From NCBI GenBank assembly GCA_023703555.1, contig CP097968.1, positions 205,451 to 269,450 of the forward strand: a stretch of 64,000 bases of DNA, given 5' to 3'. This stretch comes from SAR86 cluster bacterium. Its GTDB lineage: Bacteria > Pseudomonadota > Gammaproteobacteria > Magnimaribacterales > TMED112. The notes beneath the pieces are model-generated. The model was not told where the DNA came from. It made no database searches and was given only the letters and a program-made list of their open reading frames with translations. Positions 48,594 to 58,267 of the stretch are shown piece after piece (the first letter of the stretch is position 1; each line of letters begins with the position of its first letter). A program made the position numbers and the translations under genes.

Positions 48594-50587
48594 TTTGGCC
48601 TTTGAGATTTTTTTTATATATCTCTGCTCTATTATTAATTATTTTTTATAGTTTTTTATTCATTCTTAGCGTCAATGAAGTAAATAAGAAAGTTCTTTAT
48701 TCAATTTACGGTAACAGTTTATTTTATGGTGACCTTGAAGTTGAGCCAGGATTCTTTGGTATAAATTTGAAGATTACAGATCTGGAATTTACTAATGAAA
48801 ATCTATCTTTAAATTCACAATATTTATTTGCAAAAACTAACTTATTGTCGTCCTTATTAACTAGAACTATTTTTATAGATTCTGTAGAACTTGAAGGGGC
48901 AATAATTTCACTTAAAAATCAGACAGATAGTCCTCGTACATTGCGCAAAGTTTTAGTTAGAGATTTAAGGCTAAAAAAAGTATCTGTTGGAAGATATATC
49001 TTTGAAGAACTAAATTTAAAAGATTTAGTATCTGAGAGAGGAGAATATGGATTCTCTTTTGAAGGACTGGCAGTAAACTTTCCAACACCACTAAAAAAAT
49101 TAAGTAATTTATCTGGATTAGGTCTATATAGTGATAGAAAATTATCTTTTTTGATCGATTCTGAAAAGTTAAACCTATCTATATCAGGCTTTTCTAAAAG
49201 TCTCTCACTAGACAATGCTATCGGTACTTTTGAATTAGATTTTTCTGATAGATTCAAAATTCCATTCGGAAGACTTCAATCAAAAAATGAAAAGGACCAC
49301 CTTAATTTAATTTTTTCTTTTGATAGTACTTTTAACATGAAACTTTTCTTCAAAGGTGGAAGTTCTGTAGCCCTTGATCTTCTCCCAGATTCTACAGAGA
49401 GCCTAAAATATTTTCTTGTTGAAAGGAGCTTTTTATCTGATAGTTCATTTGTGCATTTAGATTTGTCTGTAATTGAAAATAAAATATTATTTGATTCATC
49501 AATTTTTTTGAAAGATTATCAAATTTCCTTAAGTGACCAAATTTTTTTCGGGGATTTTATGCAAGCTAATGTTAATAATCAAAATTTTTCACTCTTCTCC
49601 AATAACTTATTTACCGAAAAAAACGAATTTAAGAAAATTGAATTATCAAGAAAATTTTCCTCTGAGGAATACTCAGTCTCTCTAGAATTATTGAATGAAA
49701 ACTTAATTTTCCAATACAACCCTCAAGGGATTATCTCTAAAATGTACTGGACAAACAATGGAGATCTTGGGCATGTTTCGATAAACAATAATGATATTTT
49801 GATAAGATTTAAAGATTATAAAGACTATTATTTACATCTGGACAACCCAGACTACATAAGATTTTTTGACGGAACTCTTTCAATAGAAAATTTTAAAATC
49901 GATACAAGTTTATTCAAGCAGAATACTGATGAACTTTCATCTTTAAGCTTTGATTTGTCAAATCTAGAAATAATAAATTTAAATAGCTCATTCAGATTTA
50001 TCGAAAATGATATCTTTAGAACTAATAACATAAACTTTGATGAATTAGACTTTACTTTGAACGATGGATTCATATCTTTTGGGGACTCCTTTGATTATAG
50101 TGGCAACCTTTCGTTAATAGGCAAAGATATTAGTTATGATGAAGAGGCATTTAGTCCTGGAGCCCTGCGAGTCCTATCTTTAATTGATGTTAGAGCAAAT
50201 CTTCTAGATTTTATAAATTTGGATTTTGATAAATTTAATGAGAATAATTTTTTAATTGATTCCATGAAAGGCAGTATATCAGTAAGGTCTAAAGAAAATA
50301 TTGATATAAACAAAATTGATCTCTCCTTCGGCACATCTGAAGCGATTATAGAAGGAAATATTGGAACAACAGAAGATCGGCTTGATACACTTGATTTAGA
50401 TTTAATTTTCCTATCGAATATCGCGCAAAATATTCCATGGTACTTTGCAATAATTGGCGGAATACCTGCTGCAGCAGGGGCAGCAATTGTTACTGAAATA
50501 CTTGATGCTGAAATAGAGGATATTTCATCAACAAAATATAACATTTCTGGAAATGTAAATAATATCAAAATAGACGTTAAGCAATAA
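48575..50587 (+). CDS. yhdP: YhdP-family (AsmA-like) envelope protein, about half the usual length
   Basis: N-terminal TM anchor. The C-terminal block LRVLSLIDV...LDFDKF...FLIDSMKGSISV and the hydrophobic IIGGIPAAAGAAIV...YNISG parallel the E. coli YhdP C-terminus. Confidence 0.7.
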   Translation: MVKKYLIWPLRFFLYISALLLIIFYSFLFILSVNEVNKKVLYSIYGNSLFYGDLEVEPGFFGINLKITDLEFTNENLSLNSQYLFAKTNLLSSLLTRTIFIDSVELEGAIISLKNQTDSPRTLRKVLVRDLRLKKVSVGRYIFEELNLKDLVSERGEYGFSFEGLAVNFPTPLKKLSNLSGLGLYSDRKLSFLIDSEKLNLSISGFSKSLSLDNAIGTFELDFSDRFKIPFGRLQSKNEKDHLNLIFSFDSTFNMKLFFKGGSSVALDLLPDSTESLKYFLVERSFLSDSSFVHLDLSVIENKILFDSSIFLKDYQISLSDQIFFGDFMQANVNNQNFSLFSNNLFTEKNEFKKIELSRKFSSEEYSVSLELLNENLIFQYNPQGIISKMYWTNNGDLGHVSINNNDILIRFKDYKDYYLHLDNPDYIRFFDGTLSIENFKIDTSLFKQNTDELSSLSFDLSNLEIINLNSSFRFIENDIFRTNNINFDELDFTLNDGFISFGDSFDYSGNLSLIGKDISYDEEAFSPGALRVLSLIDVRANLLDFINLDFDKFNENNFLIDSMKGSISVRSKENIDINKIDLSFGTSEAIIEGNIGTTEDRLDTLDLDLIFLSNIAQNIPWYFAIIGGIPAAAGAAIVTEILDAEIEDISSTKYNISGNVNNIKIDVKQ

Positions 50588-51920
50588 GAAGGCCTAAAAT
50601 CCCTAAGAAACTGATAAAGCCAACCAGATCTGTAATTGTTGTTATTAAAACACCTCCAGAAATAGCTGGATCATAACCATATTTTCTTAAAATCTGTGGT
50701 AGGTAGAAACCAAATATAGCCGCAGCTAGCAGGTTAATTATCATGGCAGTTGATATTCCAATCGCTAGATAAAAATCACTAAACCAGAATTGGGTAATTC
50801 CAAAAATTGCTATAGAAAAAAATATTGAATTCACCACTGAGACTTTTAGCTCTCTTCTAAAAATATATCTCAAACTCTTGTTATCAAGTTTTTGTGCTGC
50901 TTCTGCTCTAATGTAAATTCCAAGTGTCTGTGTTGCTGCAATTCCTCCCATACTCGCAACAATTGGCATTAATATGGCAGCATATATTAATTTTTCTAAA
51001 ACATCCTCAAAAAAACTTATTGCAAAAGAAGCTATAATCGCTGTACTTAGATTAACTGTAAGCCAAAATAAGCGACTTTTAATTGATTTTGATGTTGATG
51101 AAAATAAGTCTTCTTCTATCTGGGCTAAACCTAAAAAATCCTGTTCTGCTTCTTCTGCGCCAATTTCAATAATATCATCAACAGTAATTCTCCCAACGAG
51201 CATATTGTTTTTGTCAACAACTGGAGCAGAAAATAAATTATTTGTTTGAAAAAGCCTGAAGACTTCGATTTGATCAGTCTCAAGTCTAATCGGCTCAAAT
51301 TCAGTATCCATTAACTCTCGGACGGTAAGGCTTTGATCTGAAGTGAGAATTTTAGTGATTGGCAAGACTCCTATGTACTCATCTTTTTTATTTACAACGT
51401 AAATGTCATCCGTATTTTGTGGAATTTGTTTCAATAGCTTTAGATATCTCGAAACAAGTTCAATTGTATTTTGTGCCCTTACAGTAATTATATCGGTATT
51501 CATGAGGCCTCCAGCCGATTGTTCAGGATAGTCAAGAACTTTGACAACTCTTTCCCTATCCCTTGAGTTCATAAGAGATAAAACCTCTTCTGTAATCTTT
51601 TCGGGAAGTGTTTGTAAAATATCTGCAAGATCATCGGCCTGAAGATTTGAAATTGCTTTTGAAATTTCCTCTGGATCCATTCCCTTAAGAAGCTCCTCTC
51701 TTAGTGCATCATCAAGCTCTCCAAGAACTTCTCCCTCTGCATCAAGCTGAATTAGATCCCATATTATTTTTCTTTCCTGTGGAGGGCTTGATTCTATAAT
51801 TTCAGCTAATTCACTACCTGACATTTCTTCAAGGATATGAGTAAGTTTAGATCTGAAATCAGGATTACTTATGGTATCTTGGATTAATTCGAAGTTTTCG
51901 TGAAGTTTCTTGGCAGCCAT
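50577..51920 (-). CDS. mgtE: Magnesium transporter MgtE
   Basis: N-domain, tandem CBS domains and a 5-TM C-terminal domain with PIVASMGGIAATQT and TDLVGF. Confidence 0.93.
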   Translation of the reverse strand: MAAKKLHENFELIQDTISNPDFRSKLTHILEEMSGSELAEIIESSPPQERKIIWDLIQLDAEGEVLGELDDALREELLKGMDPEEISKAISNLQADDLADILQTLPEKITEEVLSLMNSRDRERVVKVLDYPEQSAGGLMNTDIITVRAQNTIELVSRYLKLLKQIPQNTDDIYVVNKKDEYIGVLPITKILTSDQSLTVRELMDTEFEPIRLETDQIEVFRLFQTNNLFSAPVVDKNNMLVGRITVDDIIEIGAEEAEQDFLGLAQIEEDLFSSTSKSIKSRLFWLTVNLSTAIIASFAISFFEDVLEKLIYAAILMPIVASMGGIAATQTLGIYIRAEAAQKLDNKSLRYIFRRELKVSVVNSIFFSIAIFGITQFWFSDFYLAIGISTAMIINLLAAAIFGFYLPQILRKYGYDPAISGGVLITTITDLVGFISFLGILGLLIA

Positions 51921-51946
51921 TCGGCTATTTTACAAGAAAATAGTGA

Positions 51947-52669
51947 TCAATCTCCAAAATAGAATTTTTTAGCTTGAGAGTTCTTTGCAACTTCTTCTGG
52001 AGCTCCTTTTAATATGATCTCGCCCTTATTCATTAAAATTATTTTGTCACATACTTTCATAACATCTCTAAAATTATGATCACTAATAAAGATGCCAATT
52101 CTTTTTTTTAAAATTTTTAACATATTTATTAACTCATCAACAGATATTGGGTCTACGCCTGCAAAAGGCTCATCAAGAAGAAGACACTTGGTATTTAATG
52201 TCATTGCTCTGAGGATTTCAGTCTTTCTTTTTTCTCCACCTGAAAGAAATTTTGCTTTAGTATTTTTTTTTGAATCCAAATTAAAACTCCTTAAGAAATC
52301 TAAAGTATTTTCCTTGTGTTTTTTAGAAATTTTCTTGAACTTTAATTCCAAGACCATTTCAATATTTTCTATTAAAGTTAAATCTTCAAACAGGGAATTT
52401 TCTTGTGGAACATAAGAAAGACCCTCGGCACTTCTTTGATCTAGGCTATAATTTGTAATATTCTTGCCTTGAAAAAATATTTCCCCACTGTCTACTTTCG
52501 TCAATCCAGCAATTGCGCGAAATACACTTGTTTTACCGGCCCCGTTTGCTCCAAGAAGTCCAGTCACATAATTGTGCTTAATAGTCATATTTATCCTATT
52601 AAAAAGAACTTTTTCATTTATTGATTTTGAGATACTTTTAGCGCTAATCATCAGAGAGTTGTATGACAA
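51947..52669 (-). CDS. lptB: LPS export ABC transporter ATP-binding protein LptB
   Basis: Walker A GANGAGKTS, signature LSGGEKRKTEI and Walker B LLLDEPFAGVDP. Position after the OstA-fold gene. Confidence 0.9.
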   Translation of the reverse strand: MSYNSLMISAKSISKSINEKVLFNRINMTIKHNYVTGLLGANGAGKTSVFRAIAGLTKVDSGEIFFQGKNITNYSLDQRSAEGLSYVPQENSLFEDLTLIENIEMVLELKFKKISKKHKENTLDFLRSFNLDSKKNTKAKFLSGGEKRKTEILRAMTLNTKCLLLDEPFAGVDPISVDELINMLKILKKRIGIFISDHNFRDVMKVCDKIILMNKGEIILKGAPEEVAKNSQAKKFYFGD

Positions 52670-53021
52670 TATTATCGGAAAAAATTTTATTTCCTGATTT
52701 TAAGAGTTCAACATTTTTCTTTAAAACTAATTGAGTATTAACGAGTTCTAATTCACTAGAAAGACCAACTATTTGTTCTCCATCATTTTGAAAGTTAATC
52801 TTGATGGGATTGCCAGATGCAAAAATACTTTCGGTTTCTTGAAAAATAATCAATGACTCGGCAATGAATGAGATGCTGTTGGATTTAAAGATGACATCTC
52901 CAGTATAGATAATTTTATTAGTATTAGTATTTATCTCGACATTTTCTGATTTTATCTCATACTCCTGACTAATTATTTTCAGTGAAATAAAAAAAATAAA
53001 AAAAATACAACTATAATACAT
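52644..53021 (-). CDS. lptA: Short OstA-fold protein (LptA or LptC equivalent)
   Basis: 125 aa with an N-terminal hydrophobic segment. YTGDVIF...I.AE...I......ASGNP and a GN.IFSD repeat pattern resemble LptA/LptC. It is the only gene between kdsD and lptB. Confidence 0.6.
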   Translation of the reverse strand: MYYSCIFFIFFISLKIISQEYEIKSENVEINTNTNKIIYTGDVIFKSNSISFIAESLIIFQETESIFASGNPIKINFQNDGEQIVGLSSELELVNTQLVLKKNVELLKSGNKIFSDNIVIQLSDD

Positions 53022-53979
53022 TTGCTTCTAATATTTCATGCATAGTTATAAATCCTGATACCTCTCCTTCATCACTAACCACTAAACTATAGATTTTATG
53101 CTTACTCATAAATTTTGCTGCATCAACAACCAGTTGATCTTTACTAATTACTTTAAAATTTTTTGTCATAAAATTATCAATCTTTGCAGTTTCCAAATCT
53201 AATTTTTTCTGCAAGCTTCTTCTAAGATCCCCATCTGAAAAAATCCCTATGATTTCTTTATCCTTTCCTTCGATCAAGGCAAACCCCTGTTTCTTTTTTG
53301 AAATTTCAATCATAACCCTTTTTACCATATCGTCTTTTTGTACTACTGGTGCTTTTTTGATGGGGACCATAATATCCTTTACTTTAAGTATCAGTTTTCT
53401 ACCAAGCTTTCCTCCAGGGTGAGTTTTTGCAAAATCTTTTGATGTAAATTTTTTGGCCTTGAGAAGAGATACTGCAATAGAGTCACCGAGAGCCAACATA
53501 AGAGTAGTACTCGAAGTTGGAGCAAGATCATTAGGGCATGCTTCCTTATTAACTCTGACTGTTAGATGAGCATCTGAGGCAAGGGCAATTGTAGAGGTTT
53601 CACTCTCTGTAATTGAGATAATTTTTATTTCAGAATTTTTAAGTGCTGGCAGTAGATCACAAATCTCCTTACTTTCTCCAGACTTTGAAAGTGCAAAAAT
53701 TAAATCTCCTTTTGAAAGCATACCAAGATCACCATGAAGGGCTTCAGCAGGATGAATGAAAAACGAGGGAGTTCCAGTGCTTGAGAGGGTAGCAGATATT
53801 TTGTTAGCAATATGACCTGATTTTCCTACGCCAGTGAGAAAAACTTTACCTTTACATTGGAATATAATTCTGCAGAATTTATCTACATCGAAGTGTTTTG
53901 ATTTTGAGAATGAAAGCAATTCTTCAAGCTCAATTAAAAAAGCTTTTTTTGCTTCTTTTTGAAAATTAATTTTACTCAT
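53011..53979 (-). CDS. kdsD: Arabinose-5-phosphate isomerase KdsD (SIS plus 2 CBS)
   Basis: SIS motif GVGKSGHIANK, GESKE, and tandem CBS domains at the C-terminus. Confidence 0.92.
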   Translation of the reverse strand: MSKINFQKEAKKAFLIELEELLSFSKSKHFDVDKFCRIIFQCKGKVFLTGVGKSGHIANKISATLSSTGTPSFFIHPAEALHGDLGMLSKGDLIFALSKSGESKEICDLLPALKNSEIKIISITESETSTIALASDAHLTVRVNKEACPNDLAPTSSTTLMLALGDSIAVSLLKAKKFTSKDFAKTHPGGKLGRKLILKVKDIMVPIKKAPVVQKDDMVKRVMIEISKKKQGFALIEGKDKEIIGIFSDGDLRRSLQKKLDLETAKIDNFMTKNFKVISKDQLVVDAAKFMSKHKIYSLVVSDEGEVSGFITMHEILEANVL

Positions 53980-53997
53980 TTGCCTTATAATTAATCT

Positions 53998-54627
53998 ATG
54001 ATACGACTTTTAAACCTTAAATCATTATTATTGCTGGTAATATCTTTGAACATTTTTTCCGAAAAAAATTCAGAAATATTTAGTTTTATTGATGATAACG
54101 CACAATACTTCTTGCAACTCATTAAAAATGACGGCAATGAGTTTGAATCAAATCCTGAAGAATTTAAAAATAAATTAAAAAATATCTGGGAACCAATGGT
54201 TGACGTTAGACTTGTATCAAGGTTAATCCTTAACGATGCCTATAAAGATGCATCAGAGCAGCAAATTGAGTTATTTGAAGAGAGGACAAAAAAGCTCTTG
54301 CTTGATACGTATGTGTCAACACTGCTTGAATTTAAGGAGTACGATATTGAGACACAGACTGACATTAAAGTTAACAAGAATAATACATATGAAGTTAGCG
54401 TTAAATTTTCATCCGCAAATGCTTATTCATTTTCAAGTAAGTTTACAATTTACAGAAACACGAAAAATGAATTAAAAATAATAAATATCATCATTGACGG
54501 AATTAATCTAGGCCTTACTTTTAGAAATCAATTTAGAGATGTCTATAAAAATAGTGCGCTCGATCTTGATGTAGCGATAAAAAACTGGCAACCATTATCA
54601 AGTGATGAAATATTTTCTGATAGTTGA
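53998..54627 (+). CDS. mlaC: Phospholipid-binding periplasmic protein MlaC (Ttg2D family)
   Basis: Signal peptide. VDVRLVSRLILNDAYKDASEQQIELFEERTKKLLLDTYVSTL follows the MlaC pattern. Position upstream of murA. Confidence 0.7.
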   Translation: MIRLLNLKSLLLLVISLNIFSEKNSEIFSFIDDNAQYFLQLIKNDGNEFESNPEEFKNKLKNIWEPMVDVRLVSRLILNDAYKDASEQQIELFEERTKKLLLDTYVSTLLEFKEYDIETQTDIKVNKNNTYEVSVKFSSANAYSFSSKFTIYRNTKNELKIINIIIDGINLGLTFRNQFRDVYKNSALDLDVAIKNWQPLSSDEIFSDS

Positions 54628-54630
54628 ATT

Positions 54631-55893
54631 ATGGAAAGACTGATTATAAAGGGAGGCAAACAGCTACAAGGTGAAATTAATTGCTCTGGAGCAAAGAATT
54701 CAGGGCTTCCTATTCTTGCAGCCTCAATCCTGATTGATGATTCAGTGCTTATTGGGAATCTTCCTCATCTTAAAGATATTTCGACCATGCTAGAACTTTT
54801 GAATTCAATGGGCACAGACATTTGTTTTCATGAAAATGGAGACATTGAAGTTGACTCTACGAAGATACACATACTAGAAGCACGCTATGATTTGGTAAAA
54901 ACTATGCGGGCATCTGTGCTAGTAATGGGACCACTTGTTGCAAGGCATGGAAAAGCAAAAATTTCTCAACCAGGAGGATGCAATATTGGGGCTCGACCAA
55001 TTAATTTTCATTTACAGGGTTTAGAGAAAATGGGTGCACAGATAAAGTCAGACAATAAATTTATCTATATAGAAGCTAAAAAACTTATTCCTATTCAATT
55101 TGAGTTTCCAAATGTTTCTGTTACTGGAACAGAAAACTTAATGATGGCCTCAGTTTTTGTTGAGGGCAAGACAACACTTAAAAATTGCGCAAAGGAACCA
55201 GAAGTTGAGGATTTAGCAAATTTCTTAAATAGTTGTGGAGCAAAAATAGAGGGTGCAGGCTCTTCAGTCATAACTATTGAAGGTGTTGAGACTCTTAAGA
55301 AGACTCACTGGGAAGTTCTTTTTGATCGAATTGAAGCAGGAACTTATCTAGTTGCTGGGGCCATAACCAAAGGAAAAGTTAGAATCAATAAAATTATTCC
55401 GGAAAAGCTTAAATGTTTAATAATTTCTCTTGAGAAAATGGGATTCAAAATTTTTTGTAGTAAAAATTCAATTGAAATCGATGCAAGACAGTCAACAATA
55501 AAGTGTCAGGATTTTTCTACTGATCCATATCCTGGTTTTCCAACGGATATGCAAGCGCAATTAATGGCTTTAAATTGTATTGGTGAGGGCTCAGCTTTAA
55601 TAACAGAGCAGGTTTTTGAAAATAGATTTCAACATGTGAAAGAACTTAGAAAAATGGGTGCAAACATCACCCTAGAAAAAAATCATGCCGTCGTCAAAGG
55701 TGTACCAAATTTAGTTGGTTCAGAGGTAACTGCTTCAGATTTGAGAGCATCGGCTAGCTTAGTGCTTGCTGGTTTAATTGGTAAAAATAGAACGAAGATT
55801 AATGAAATACATCACATCGACAGGGGATATGAATGTATCGAAGAAAAGTTGAATAAACTTGGAGCAGAAATAATTAGAGAGCCACTTGCCTAA
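54631..55893 (+). CDS. murA: UDP-N-acetylglucosamine 1-carboxyvinyltransferase
   Basis: SGAKNSGLPILAA, active-site Cys loop QPGGCNIGARPIN, and FPTDMQAQ. Confidence 0.97.
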   Translation: MERLIIKGGKQLQGEINCSGAKNSGLPILAASILIDDSVLIGNLPHLKDISTMLELLNSMGTDICFHENGDIEVDSTKIHILEARYDLVKTMRASVLVMGPLVARHGKAKISQPGGCNIGARPINFHLQGLEKMGAQIKSDNKFIYIEAKKLIPIQFEFPNVSVTGTENLMMASVFVEGKTTLKNCAKEPEVEDLANFLNSCGAKIEGAGSSVITIEGVETLKKTHWEVLFDRIEAGTYLVAGAITKGKVRINKIIPEKLKCLIISLEKMGFKIFCSKNSIEIDARQSTIKCQDFSTDPYPGFPTDMQAQLMALNCIGEGSALITEQVFENRFQHVKELRKMGANITLEKNHAVVKGVPNLVGSEVTASDLRASASLVLAGLIGKNRTKINEIHHIDRGYECIEEKLNKLGAEIIREPLA

Positions 55894-56837
55894 AATGTAG
55901 GTCTTCGTTTTGTTTTTATATTCAATATTTTTTCTAGATCATCCCTAATAACAACTAATTGAATATTTTCTTCTGGTGAAATACTGTTAATTGATGCAAT
56001 AAATGTCCTCCAAAGGGCTGGAGAATTTTTAATTTTTATTATTAAATCTCCATCTTTTAATCCCTCTACAGAATCATCATTTCCGTAAACTAAGAGGCCT
56101 GGCTTTCTCTGACCCTCTATGTTTTGAAATGAGATTTGCCTAAATCTAAAATTTCCTATCCATGCTCTTTGCACTTCCCCATATTTAATTAAATCTTGGG
56201 ATATTTGTATTACTTTTTCCGCAGGCAGTGCAAAGCCTACACCATCTGAGCCACCTGAACTTGAAGCTATTAAAGTACTCAGTCCAAGAAATTGTCCCTG
56301 GGAATTTAATAATGCACCTCCTGAATTACCCTGGTTAATTGATGCATCTGTCTGTATTACATCGAGGTAGGGATTTCCAAAGTTTCTCCCTGTAGCACTC
56401 AGTATTCCTTTTGAGACTGAGACGCCTAAATCAAACGGGTTGCCTACGGCATATACAATATCTCCAACATTTATCTCGTATTTGTCTGGAAATTTAATTG
56501 GATTCAACTCCCTCAAAGAGGTTTTTAGAACAGCAATATCTGAATAAACATCAAAACCTATTAAAGAAGCTTTATGCTTCTTTCCAAGTGCTTTAATGGT
56601 TATTTGACGTGAATTTTTTACCAAATGATATGCGGTGATAATATAGCCATCTTTCGAAATTATTACACCTGATCCAAAACTTTTTTTCCCAGATATGTCC
56701 TCAGATTCTATTTCAAGGATTGATTCAATAATTTCATTAAAATTTAGACGATTTTGAGATGAATTATTTTCAAAAAGAAATAACTGTGTCCCAAGGAACA
56801 TTCCCACAAACAAAATTAATAAAAACCAATTCTTCAT
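55890..56837 (-). CDS. degS: Membrane-anchored S1C serine endoprotease with one PDZ domain (DegS/AlgW-like)
   Basis: N-terminal TM segment, His block ITAYHLV, DIAVLK, catalytic Ser in GNSGGALLN, and a C-terminal PDZ domain. Confidence 0.8.
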   Translation of the reverse strand: MKNWFLLILFVGMFLGTQLFLFENNSSQNRLNFNEIIESILEIESEDISGKKSFGSGVIISKDGYIITAYHLVKNSRQITIKALGKKHKASLIGFDVYSDIAVLKTSLRELNPIKFPDKYEINVGDIVYAVGNPFDLGVSVSKGILSATGRNFGNPYLDVIQTDASINQGNSGGALLNSQGQFLGLSTLIASSSGGSDGVGFALPAEKVIQISQDLIKYGEVQRAWIGNFRFRQISFQNIEGQRKPGLLVYGNDDSVEGLKDGDLIIKIKNSPALWRTFIASINSISPEENIQLVVIRDDLEKILNIKTKRRPTF

Positions 56838-56891
56838 ATTTGAAATATCTACCTATTATATTAATATATAGCGACTCACAATTATCAATTT

Positions 56892-57320
56892 ATGAAAACT
56901 ACAGCATTAAGAACTCAAGATACAGAGAAAAAATGGTACTTAATAGATTGCTCCGGTAAAACTTTAGGAAGATTAAGTGTGATTGTTGCCAATATTTTGA
57001 GAGGCAAAAGCAAGCCAGAATATACACCGAATTCTGATGTTGGAGATTTTGTAGTATTGATTAATACAAAGCAAATCAAAGTAACAGGAAATAAATCAAC
57101 ACAAAAGAAATATTTTTCACATACTGGTTTTCCAGGTGGTTTGAAAACGAGAAGTTTTTCTTCGATGCTTCAGAAGAATCCCAATGGCATCATAAAAAAT
57201 GCAGTAAAAGGAATGCTTCCAAAAAATCGTCTGAATAATAAAATAATTAAGAAGCTAAAAATCTATGCTGATGAAGATCATCCACATGAAGCGCAGAAGC
57301 TTGAGGACATTAAATTATGA
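56892..57320 (+). CDS. rplM: 50S ribosomal protein L13
   Basis: 142 aa with KKWYLIDCSGKTLGRL and YFSHTGFPGGLK. Confidence 0.97.
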   Translation: MKTTALRTQDTEKKWYLIDCSGKTLGRLSVIVANILRGKSKPEYTPNSDVGDFVVLINTKQIKVTGNKSTQKKYFSHTGFPGGLKTRSFSSMLQKNPNGIIKNAVKGMLPKNRLNNKIIKKLKIYADEDHPHEAQKLEDIKL

Positions 57321-57697
57321 ATTCTATTTCTGGACGAAGAAAAGAGGCAACAGCAGTAGCAACTCTCAAAAAGGGTACAGGTGATTTTGTTGTAAATAAA
57401 AAGAAACTTGAGGAGTATTTTGGAAGAGATGTTGCAAAAATGATTGTTAAGCAACCACTAGTTCTAACTAATACCTTAAATTCTTTCGATATTAATATAA
57501 GGGTAAATGGTGGAGGTGCATTTGGTCAAGCTGGAGCAATACGCTTGGCAATTTCAAAAGCCTTAGTTTTAGAAAATCCAGACTTTAGAGCTGAACTAAA
57601 GAAAGCTGGCTATTTAACAAGAGACTCAAGAGTTAAAGAAAGAAAGAAAGTTGGATTGAAAAAAGCAAGAAAGAGCCCACAATTCTCTAAGAGATAG
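57317..57697 (+). CDS. rpsI: 30S ribosomal protein S9
   Basis: 126 aa with GGGAFGQAGAIRLAISKAL and a C-terminal KKARKSPQFSKR. Confidence 0.97.
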   Translation: MNSISGRRKEATAVATLKKGTGDFVVNKKKLEEYFGRDVAKMIVKQPLVLTNTLNSFDINIRVNGGGAFGQAGAIRLAISKALVLENPDFRAELKKAGYLTRDSRVKERKKVGLKKARKSPQFSKR

Positions 57698-57711
57698 AAT
57701 TTATAACTTTG

Positions 57712-58266
57712 ATGTCTGAAAAAATCGATAGTACACGTAGAAAAGCACTACAGATAACTTCTGGTGCACTAGGTGCAGTAACCGTTGGAGCATTTGCAGT
57801 TCCTTTCTTGAGCGCGTGGAATCCAAGCGAAAAAGCAAAGGCAATGGGAGCAGCTGTGAAATTTAATTTATCAAAGCTTCAGCCTGGATCGATGGCCGTG
57901 GTAGAGTGGAGACGAACACCAATATTTGTTGTGCACCAAACAAAGACTGCAAAGACTAATTTGCCAAAATTGAACCAAAAAGTTACTAACCCTGCATTAG
58001 AGGAGGGAGTATCTAGGTCTACAAATGAAAACTTCACAATTCTTAAGGGTGTATGTACACATTTGTCGTGCGCACCTAAATATTATCCTGAAATTGAACC
58101 AAAGGCTTGGGATCAAGAATGGTTGGGTGGATTTTTTTGCCCTTGCCACGGCTCAAAATTTGATCTAGCAGGAAGAGTTTACAAAGGTGTTCCAGCACCA
58201 ACAAATTTAGAAGTGCCCCCTCATTCTTTTGAGGGTGAAACTTTAGTGATAGGAGAAGAAATTTAA
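57712..58266 (+). CDS. petA: Ubiquinol-cytochrome c reductase Rieske iron-sulfur subunit
   Basis: Tat-like RRKAL followed by a TM segment. Rieske boxes CTHLSC and CPCHGSKFD. ATG 57712 is preferred over the adjacent TTG 57709. Confidence 0.93.
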   Translation: MSEKIDSTRRKALQITSGALGAVTVGAFAVPFLSAWNPSEKAKAMGAAVKFNLSKLQPGSMAVVEWRRTPIFVVHQTKTAKTNLPKLNQKVTNPALEEGVSRSTNENFTILKGVCTHLSCAPKYYPEIEPKAWDQEWLGGFFCPCHGSKFDLAGRVYKGVPAPTNLEVPPHSFEGETLVIGEEI

Positions 58267-58267
58267 T

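Noticed and set aside
51925-51943. AT-rich inverted repeat CTATTTT-ACAAG-AAAATAG between lptB and mgtE.
   Set aside because: The 7-bp all-A/T-plus-one-G:C stem has no following T-tract on the transcribed (minus) strand. This is too weak to call a terminator.
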